Below are positions 31,233-37,398 of a stretch of 37,398 nucleotides of DNA, one piece after another. The first letter of the stretch is position 1; each line of letters starts with the position of its first letter. Source of the DNA: Salisapilia sapeloensis CBS 127946 (taxonomy: Eukaryota > Protista > Oomycota); assembly GCA_023334545.1 (NCBI GenBank), contig JAADVB010000189.1, positions 1-37,398 on the forward strand, written 5' to 3'. The notes under the pieces were generated by a model. The model worked only from the letters and a program-made list of their open reading frames with translations, did no database searches and was not told the origin of the DNA. A program made the translations under genes and the position numbers.

Positions 31233-33193
31233 CTACTCTGTCTTTTGTTTCTCTCCGCTACTAGCATTCGCTGCTGCCTTCAGAACATTAACCACCGTCT
31301 TGATACGTCCAATGAACACTTGACCAGTCGAAAACGTCACGAGTAGCATAAAGACGACAATAGCCCAATACAAGTGAGACAGCGTCGAACTCACGTGCTT
31401 GCAATCGTACATGGGTACATCAATTCCAATGCTCTCGTAGCAAAAGAGATCTTGGACGATACGGAAGATGAGGAGACCAAGTGCTAATGCGCCTGGCACA
31501 ACGTAAAATTCCAAATTCTTGTACGGATCTCGCTCAGCGTTCACCTCCAAGTACTTCTGATGCGATTTCTCCAAATCGTTTTCCAACTCATTTCGGAACT
31601 TGAGGATCTGGTTATGACGACCCATACGTGCATTCGCGTCAAAGATCGACATGGCTGCTTCAAAGCACGCGTGATGGTGTTCCTCAAGCTCCTTTGGAGA
31701 AACAAAGTGACAGCCACGTCCAGCCATGGTATCCATCTCCCGCTCATACCGGATCATAGCTTTATCCTTACTGTTAATATTGTTCGCTTCAGCCGTAGCT
31801 TCCAACAGGGTCTTGGCTTCCGGAAAGTTCGACGCGTCACGGAAGATCGCAGCGTACGTCTTGATATACGTCTGCAACTCCCTCGCATTCACTGTACTTC
31901 CATGAATCTTCTTCGGCTGTAAATTCTCTGGGGCAAAGAGTTCATCCAAGTAATTCGTAAGCAATTCCATGAACCGATCGTCAATAGCATCGACGGATCC
32001 ATCATACTCCCTCTCCGTGACTTCATGTCCAGGATGCGGCAAGAGGAAGCAGTCGACTTTATCAAAGCAAGAGCTAATCTGCTCTCTCGTCGCAGATAAA
32101 TCTTGCTGCGTACGTTCACCAAGTAACTCTTGCATATACTCTTTCATGTCCTGACGTTTCGAATCGAGACTTTGCTTACGTGAAAAATCTTGCCAGTCAC
32201 GTACGAGGAAATCGAGACGTTGGAACGGACGAGGCAAAGACTCTTCGTTCTCTTCTCCATCCGTCTCGTCCTTTTCGTTCGTTTCTTTATCTTCCGAAGA
32301 AGACATCATTTTATCCAACGTCGGGAACTTATCATCGGCACTTCCAGACTTACCGAATAAAGCCATGCGTCCATACTCGGTGAATAGAGCCAAGTGCTGC
32401 AGGTTATCTTCTTGCACGCGTTTGTCGACATTATAGATCTGATAGGAACTCAGGAGAGTCGAGAGACCAAAGATACTAGCAGTTAACATCTGTGTCGTCT
32501 CGGAATCAAACATGCCTTGCGTGTCAACGAGGAAGATGGCAATCTCTTCGCCAGACTTGTTCCGACGGTAGAAGGGCGTCTCCCACATCCAAATACCAGT
32601 CGTATTCCGCTTCCGACCGGCACGCCAGGAGAATCCCTTCTCGCCATTCTTCTGCTCTTCATTCGAGTTGCCTTCGAGACGAGCATCTTCCTTGTTGTCG
32701 ACGCCAGCGAGAACCCACTCTTTCCATTTCGCTAGACCACTGTCCGCGATGTCGTCTCCACGGCCAAGCATGTGACCATCAGGATTGTGACGCAAGTAAC
32801 GTAGGAAGAGATCAAGCACGAACGACTTGCCCGTACGAAAGGCACCGACGACCGAGTAGATGGCTACTTTGGTGTTTTCCGGAACCTACGACAAGTATCA
32901 GCAAACATCGACACGTGTATGTGGACAAAATGAACATACCCTGCTAAAGATGTCATTCAGAGCTTCTTCATTTAGCTCAAAACTTTCTCCTTCTTCATCA
33001 ATATTCACGATCTATTCACTTGATGAAGAAGATATCACAAATAATGATCCGCAGACTCTACCTGTCGAGCACGTGGAATCGGCTGCGACACATTCGCTGG
33101 TGCATCTGCCACCGTCGATACAGGAGCTGGTGGAGGTGATGTAACCTCTTCCTCAGAAGGTGCGGGGGCCGCAGGTGTGTCCGAATCGCTCAT
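31233..33193 (-). CDS. ATL: Atlastin (GB1/RHD3-type ER-fusion GTPase) (~618 aa; join 33193-33062, 33011-32940, 32885-31233)
   Basis: P-loop SVVGAFRTGKSFVLD, G2 RNTTGIWMW, G3 LVDTQGMFD and G4 FLVRDW, then CFLLPHPG, a helical bundle and two C-terminal TM segments. Introns of 50 and 54 nt. Confidence 0.92.
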
Positions 33194-33282
33194 CCTCGTC
33201 GCTTCTCCTCAGATCTTTGTCTGAGACCCCCTCTGGCCTCGGCTTGCTAGTCACTTCAATCAAGTACGATTTATCATTCTAT

Positions 33283-33318
33283 CTAGAGGTAACCTAGAAG
33301 GAAGCTAGAGGTAACCTA
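33283..33318. repeat. 14-bp direct repeat CTAGAGGTAACCTA x2 (22-bp period), upstream of atlastin
   Basis: Exact copies at 33283-33296 and 33305-33318. Each has a palindromic AGGTnACCT core. Confidence 0.75.
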
Positions 33319-33359
33319 TGACTATAGATTAGGAGGAAGGATACATGTATTTAATCTAC

Positions 33360-34619
33360 TTAGACGGAATGCGTCGATAAAGATCGGAGTCGGCGGAAAG
33401 GAGTGAGAGCCCAGTTGGTGGCAGAGCGCCAAGCTCCAGCGGCAAAGTCGAAGAGAGCATGACGGTCTTCGTCCATGTCTGGTTGGCGTAATTCATGCAA
33501 TCGCTTTGATTGGGAAAAACGCTGGCTTTTTGCGTTTGCCCACCATAAAACAGCATATGTGTCGTCGTCATTGCACTGGATAACCATCCCAGGAAGCCAT
33601 TCGTCATGATCTAGCACTTCCACTGGATCGCCTCTTGTCAGTTCCGTCGTCTCCTCTACTTTTGTCGATTCGCTTTTTTCTTCTTTGGCAAAGACCTCTT
33701 CATCTGTGTCCTCCGTCTCGCTTTTAGAACTCTCACGAGGTGAAATGGATGCGTACTGGGCATTCACTTGTGTCAAGTACGTCTCTGCTGTTTCGAACCC
33801 CTCGGATAGTATCTGACGCATGGGTGACCATGCCATGGGTGCTTGATGTAATTGATCCGGGACGAAGCTGTAGACGTGTGTGAATCGTTTGACAAGTCCA
33901 TCGATCTCATAGTCCCTCGGATCAATCGACTGTGGCTTTCGACAAAGCGGACATGACTGGAGCTGATGCTCTGATGCCTTCGATAGGCACGTCCAGCAGA
34001 ACGTGTGTTCGCAAGACAATGTAATGGGCGTCTTCACATCCGATGCGAGACAGATCGGACATGGTGTCAACGCACTTGACAGCGTATTAGTACCGTCCGG
34101 TAGGATGCACATCATGATGCGATCGAGTAAGGACGCTGTCTTCTCGCATATACGTTCAAGGCAGACTGGATCCAGGAAAGGCTGCTGGAGTAACTCGTGG
34201 TACGTAAGCACTTTGAGCTCACAGTGTGCAGCTTTATCAAACTTTTTGACGATCTTGGTGATTGCGAGTGAATTGAGCACGATGTAGCGTCGAAACGTAT
34301 CGACTTTCTGTGACAATTGTAACGCATCGAGGAGTAGAACGCGTGCTTGAGATGGAGACAGCACCCACTTTCGACCCAATCCTTTTGTCAATTGGACCAA
34401 GTCACTCTCTTCAATGTCTTGTCGAATACATTCATGGGTGCAATTGATCTTTTCGATTTCATGAAGCAATAGTCGATGAAATTCACCGACAGCTTGTGAT
34501 AAATCCGTCGATGATGTACGTGTGAGCTGTTTAATCTTGCGCTTTAAAAACTTGTAGTCCAAGTAATCCTGTTGCCATTCAGGGCATGCCAGACTGCGCA
34601 TTCGTTTGCCAAACTTCAT
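33360..34619 (-). CDS. SPX-RING (NLA/BAH1/Pqr1-like) E3 ubiquitin ligase with a C-terminal Tudor/Agenet-like segment (~419 aa)
   Basis: SPX start MKFGKRM..EWQQDYLDYKFLKRKIK and lysine cluster LNSLAITKIVKKFDK. C3HC4 RING (CPIC..LSCEHTFCWTCL..CPLCR). Then LTRGDPVEVLDHDEWLPGMVIQCNDDDTYAVLW. Confidence 0.88.
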   Translation of the reverse strand: MKFGKRMRSLACPEWQQDYLDYKFLKRKIKQLTRTSSTDLSQAVGEFHRLLLHEIEKINCTHECIRQDIEESDLVQLTKGLGRKWVLSPSQARVLLLDALQLSQKVDTFRRYIVLNSLAITKIVKKFDKAAHCELKVLTYHELLQQPFLDPVCLERICEKTASLLDRIMMCILPDGTNTLSSALTPCPICLASDVKTPITLSCEHTFCWTCLSKASEHQLQSCPLCRKPQSIDPRDYEIDGLVKRFTHVYSFVPDQLHQAPMAWSPMRQILSEGFETAETYLTQVNAQYASISPRESSKSETEDTDEEVFAKEEKSESTKVEETTELTRGDPVEVLDHDEWLPGMVIQCNDDDTYAVLWWANAKSQRFSQSKRLHELRQPDMDEDRHALFDFAAGAWRSATNWALTPFRRLRSLSTHSV

Positions 34620-36406
34620 CCTAGCTTCGCTCTTGGTCTGTCGATCTGTGCGATTTCTCAAGTGCGTTGACACTTGAACTGTTGGATCAATGGGATGATT
34701 CGTGCTAGCTCGTGAGTATACAATATTAAAGGAAGGTGAGGACGATCGAATCTAACAAAAAATCTTAGACGGATGCAAGCGAATGCGAATGGATGCAAAT
34801 GAATGCAACATCCGACTATTTGATTGTGCTCTTCCCCTGGCTGTAGTGCGAATAATTCGTCTCGTACACTACTGGAAACCCGAAAAAAGCTATTCGGAAC
34901 ACCGGAACTCTTATTCAAATTACATTACTCAGGATGTATACTCAATACAACGTCAATCATACGCTCGAAACGCTTTCGTCATGCATGCCAGCGACTGAAT
35001 CTAGCGAAGCATCCATGCATCTCTTGTCGAGACATTTGTTTCCTTTATTTCCAAGAGCTTTCCACGAGTGCCTTTTATCTTGATTGATTTGAATTTCAAG
35101 GTAAGATTCAGCTCGATGTTGACCGCCTTTGTCATCGTCACCTACAATAAACAAACTTCTAGAGATTTAACTACTCACGACTATCCAAACTTGGCAAAGT
35201 AAGCTACAGTCACAAGTAAATAGCTTATTAAAGAACTATGAGTAGTCTGTCTTGGTCAATGTGGAAACTTGGCAATACAAGCGCAGAGGAACGAGCCGAA
35301 ATTCAATATGAGCGCGCATGAGAGCAGCCGAATCACAAAATTTTCTCTCTCGCTGTGTAGTGAATCTTATATCTTTAAGCAGGGTGCTTCAGTTGCTGAA
35401 ATCTACAAAGGACTATACCATTCATAGAGTTCTCGCGTTGCGAATGCCGGCACTGGCCTTCAAGGTACACTACCTTTAATGTTGTTTTATATATGTATGA
35501 AGAGGAAATAGGAGCAAGCTTAAGACGTTAAGTAGATAAAATATTGCTGCTAACTATAGTCAGCGTTACGGATAAATAAATAAATAGCAGGATATATTTG
35601 AAAGAATACATTAATTTGTTTATTATTTCCTTTTCTAAAGTCAACCTTAGTTTCCTGGTTAAATTTGCGATCATGGCTGTTTTAAATGCGATTACGGAGA
35701 TCAATCTATCAGCGTATTAATTTGCTATTTTCTCTTAAGAAAACAAAAAAGTAAATAGTGCTCCTATCGATTTTGTACGAACGTCTTTTAGCGACAGCTT
35801 CGCGATTGATGCGTTATGTACATACAAAACGGTGGTCAAGCGATCGCGAAATAGATCAATGCGGCAGATGACCTTAAGACGCAATCCCGGATCGTCTTAG
35901 TTTTCGCACCAGATTAGAAGCTAGAAGAGGTACCTCTGAGGACGCAGGCATAGCCAGGTTGGTCGTCACTGGCGAGTATCTAGTCGAACTGAAATCGAGC
36001 TATGAAATAAAAGCCTTCAGAGTACCTTTGTGTTACGTGGGCGATACGAAAGTAAACCACATACGAGGTCCTGGCCATCCAACACGGCCTCCTCCGAAAT
36101 GGAAGACATTGCGGACTGATGCCAAGTCGTTAAATAGTAGATATCACAAAATAGTTTTTGTATGTTTCTCTACGGGTGCTATAAGCATGTTAAACGTACT
36201 CGCTTGCTCCTCCATCTATGCGTGAGTGTCTAGTTCCCATCCTCTGGCCTTTCGCTTTCTAACTTGAGGTGTGTTCCTACAAACTTCAAGTAGAGATACT
36301 TGAAAGGACGGATGGGGTTTTCAGCGAGCTCTCATGAGGCAAGGAATGGGATGTAGAGCCTCTGGACCATCCCATGATACGCTTTGAAGTGCACTCTGTC
36401 TATCTA

Positions 36407-36704
36407 TGTCAAAATTGGATATTCGAAAAACAAAAGTTTTGGTGATCGACTCGCGATCGCTACCTCGTTGTCTGCTTACTCCAGTGTTCGCTCGATCCGC
36501 GACTTTTCGAGATCATACAAAAAGCTAGTGAGCCCAGAATTCGCAACACTTTCCTTCCAGTTAGCGCTGTTGTTTTAAGTGACTAGGTTTTTGTATACCT
36601 CAGAGCAGCCAAGCCGCCAACACAACATCCTCGAGCGCAAGACACAAGGTAGCGAGCTCGAGTCGACGACCAAACTTTTGTCTTTCAAACTCCCAATTTT
36701 GGCA
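36407..36704. mobile_element. ~300-bp foldback / MITE-like element with long degenerate inverted repeats
   Basis: 36407-36465 and 36647-36704 are inverted repeats (48/59 matches by hand alignment). A second inner pair lies at 36515-36532 / 36579-36596. CTA flanks both ends (possible TSD, offset by one base). No ORF. Confidence 0.6.
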
Positions 36705-37398
36705 CCTATGAGTAGAGAATGCTCAAAAGTGTCTAGTAGACTGGTCTAGAGTGTCTATAAGTCGTTCCTTCATCTCTAAAAGGATCAAAGTATGTCTACG
36801 ACTGTTCAAGGTATGTGTGTACTGGAAGACTCGATTGCTGCCCGAGATTGCCATGCGCGTGCAGTCACAGTACCGACATCATTGATAGATCGAGCTAGGG
36901 CGTAGACACACAATGTGCAGTGACTGCTCCGACATGACTGCTCCAACAAAAGTACAGAACTGAATGATAACGCTTCGTCTCCTTTACTCCAAATTCAGCA
37001 CGACTCGCCAAGCAGCGCTGTGCAATATATTTTATGAAATATTTTACTAAGGCCGTGTTCGTTAAGCAGATAGTTGGGAAATATGCTAGACATTTAATGC
37101 AATATGATAAAACATGGATAAATTGTCATTGAAATTGATACCCAAGTCTTTGGTGGTTCCTCTTAATGTTATGTCGATATCTACCTTTCCATTCCTTTTC
37201 AAGTTTATTGTCCGTTCCTCTGTCCTGCTCTGGCGGGCATAGCGTAGAGCACATCGTCGGAAGTCATCGAGGTTGAACTTGAATTCGATTTACTTGCAAC
37301 CGTGAGCTCTTCGCCATTTCAGTGGGACGGGTACAGTGCGAGTCGAAAATAACGCTCAATTATTTCATCGACCACTGTACTATGCCTGTTCCGAAAGA

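Noticed and set aside
35959-36225. 88-aa ORF (and 36384-36578) near the foldback as a possible transposase remnant
   Set aside because: GTG/TTG starts, no DDE, RT or zinc-knuckle motifs recognisable.
1-37398. tRNA, rRNA, snRNA or telomeric repeats
   Set aside because: No cloverleaf/T-loop, rRNA-like or TTTAGGG-type arrays noticed by eye; a tRNAscan-SE/Infernal run would be needed to exclude small RNAs.

Overview
Eukaryotic, gene-dense window, most likely from an oomycete (stramenopile). Support: TCATTYY-type initiators, an oomycete-style membrane-anchored GH17 with PTEA repeats, and ~20 GT-AG introns that are all 50-63 nt. About 20 genes can be reconstructed by manual splicing. In order: adenosine deaminase (runs off the left edge, missed by the ORF track), a C2-DUF1765-like-PH protein, a VPS9 Rab5 GEF, a PA-less SPPL2-type protease head-to-head with CLN3/battenin, MCM10, NOSIP, an unassigned 3-exon membrane protein, an unresolved intron-rich or decayed locus, three tandem small basic orphan genes, CPT2, CDK8 head-to-head with MAF1, an alpha-arrestin, GH17 glucanase/transglucosylase, a CaMK1-like kinase, a WDR89-like WD40, atlastin and an SPX-RING(-Tudor-like) E3 ligase. 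The last ~2.7 kb is gene-poor and holds a ~300-bp foldback (MITE-like) element. The most novel-looking item is the trio of orphans at 16990-19169. They share a central motif, and each ends in an LxxIxE-type PP2A-B56 docking motif; the middle one also has an RVxF PP1 motif. This suggests an undescribed family of small phosphatase adaptors or inhibitors. All family assignments come from motif recognition by eye; no database search was run.
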